Below, in pieces: positions 25,299 through 25,532 of a stretch of 25,532 bases of DNA; positions within the stretch are counted from its first letter, which is position 1, and every line of letters starts with the position of its first letter. The stretch comes from a virus (taxonomy: Duplodnaviria; Caudoviricetes). Position numbers and translations under genes: made by a program. Location of the stretch: positions 1-25,532 of IMG/VR virus record IMGVR_UViG_3300010331_000037. One strand, given 5' to 3'. Below the pieces are notes generated by a model. It was not told where the DNA came from. It worked only from the letters and a program-made list of their open reading frames with translations, and did no database searches.

Positions 25299-25444
25299 GC
25301 GACTTCCCGACCAGTCGAAGCTGACGCGCTCGCGGCCTTGCGTGTGATCGAAATGACGTCCGCGACGGGCGCCCCAGGAGCGGGCTCCGTAAGGGGCTTG
25401 GCCCCCAACCAGAAGGTTGGGGGTTCGAATCCCTCCGGGCGCGC
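25295..25444 (-). other. Detached 3' end of the immunity repressor (phage-form C-terminal tail)
   Basis: Frame through att reads [49 protein letters not shown]. Confidence 0.7.
25410..25444 (+). repeat. att core: 3' half of tRNA-Arg (probably ACG)
   Basis: CAGAAGGTTGGGGGTTCGAATCCCTCCGGGCGCGC has a T-arm (GTTCGAATC) and acceptor 3' strand; no D-arm or anticodon upstream. Confidence 0.88.
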
Positions 25445-25452
25445 TGACAAGG

Positions 25453-25497
25453 CAGGCCCCCTCGCACCTCACGGTGTGGCGGGGCCTGTTGTCTTCT
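25453..25497 (+). terminator. Host tRNA terminator
   Basis: CAGGCCCC...GGGGCCTG extended stem followed by TTGTCTTCT, just after the tRNA fragment. Confidence 0.75.
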
Positions 25498-25532
25498 GAC
25501 GGCCGCGTCTTTCAAGGGGTCATCCCGCGTGA

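Larger units (their letters stand above)
1..25444. mobile_element. Temperate siphovirus-type prophage (right part; left end outside the window), integrated at tRNA-Arg
   Basis: Complete syntenic head-tail-lysis module, tyrosine integrase and a tRNA 3'-half att core at 25410-25444. Confidence 0.95.

Noticed and set aside
25370-25447. Intact tRNA gene
   Set aside because: Only the 3' half is tRNA-like; no acceptor 5' strand, D-arm or anticodon loop upstream, so it is an att duplication.
25017-25472. 151-aa ORF starting beyond att
   Set aside because: Its start lies in the host terminator; ATG 25298 with ATGA coupling is more plausible.

Overview
This window is the right-hand ~25 kb of a temperate siphovirus-type prophage in a high-GC actinobacterium. 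No lysin B is visible, so the host is probably non-mycolate (Micrococcales-like). Left to right on the + strand: end of the early/replication region, putative late regulator, HNH, predicted cos region, a stand-alone prim-pol gene, TerS, TerL, portal, MuF-like/maturation protein, scaffold, major capsid, head-tail connectors, major tail, tail chaperones with a -1 frameshift, a reverse-strand membrane moron, tape measure, minor tails, endolysin and holins, then a DUF2335 cassette. On the - strand near the right end are a small orphan gene plus an Aca2/DUF1870-like HTH gene, an arm-less tyrosine integrase, and an att core (3' half of tRNA-Arg, on +). Highlights: (1) a candidate acr-aca (anti-defence) operon with a palindromic operator exactly filling the promoter spacer; (2) the signature of integration-dependent immunity, i.e. 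a repressor C-terminal tail stranded at att; (3) a separately promoted prim-pol inside the packaging module; (4) recurrent RNA structures at late-gene ribosome-binding sites (CAGGN pentaloop hairpins and anti-Shine-Dalgarno loops). All family assignments come from motif recognition by eye; no searches were run.
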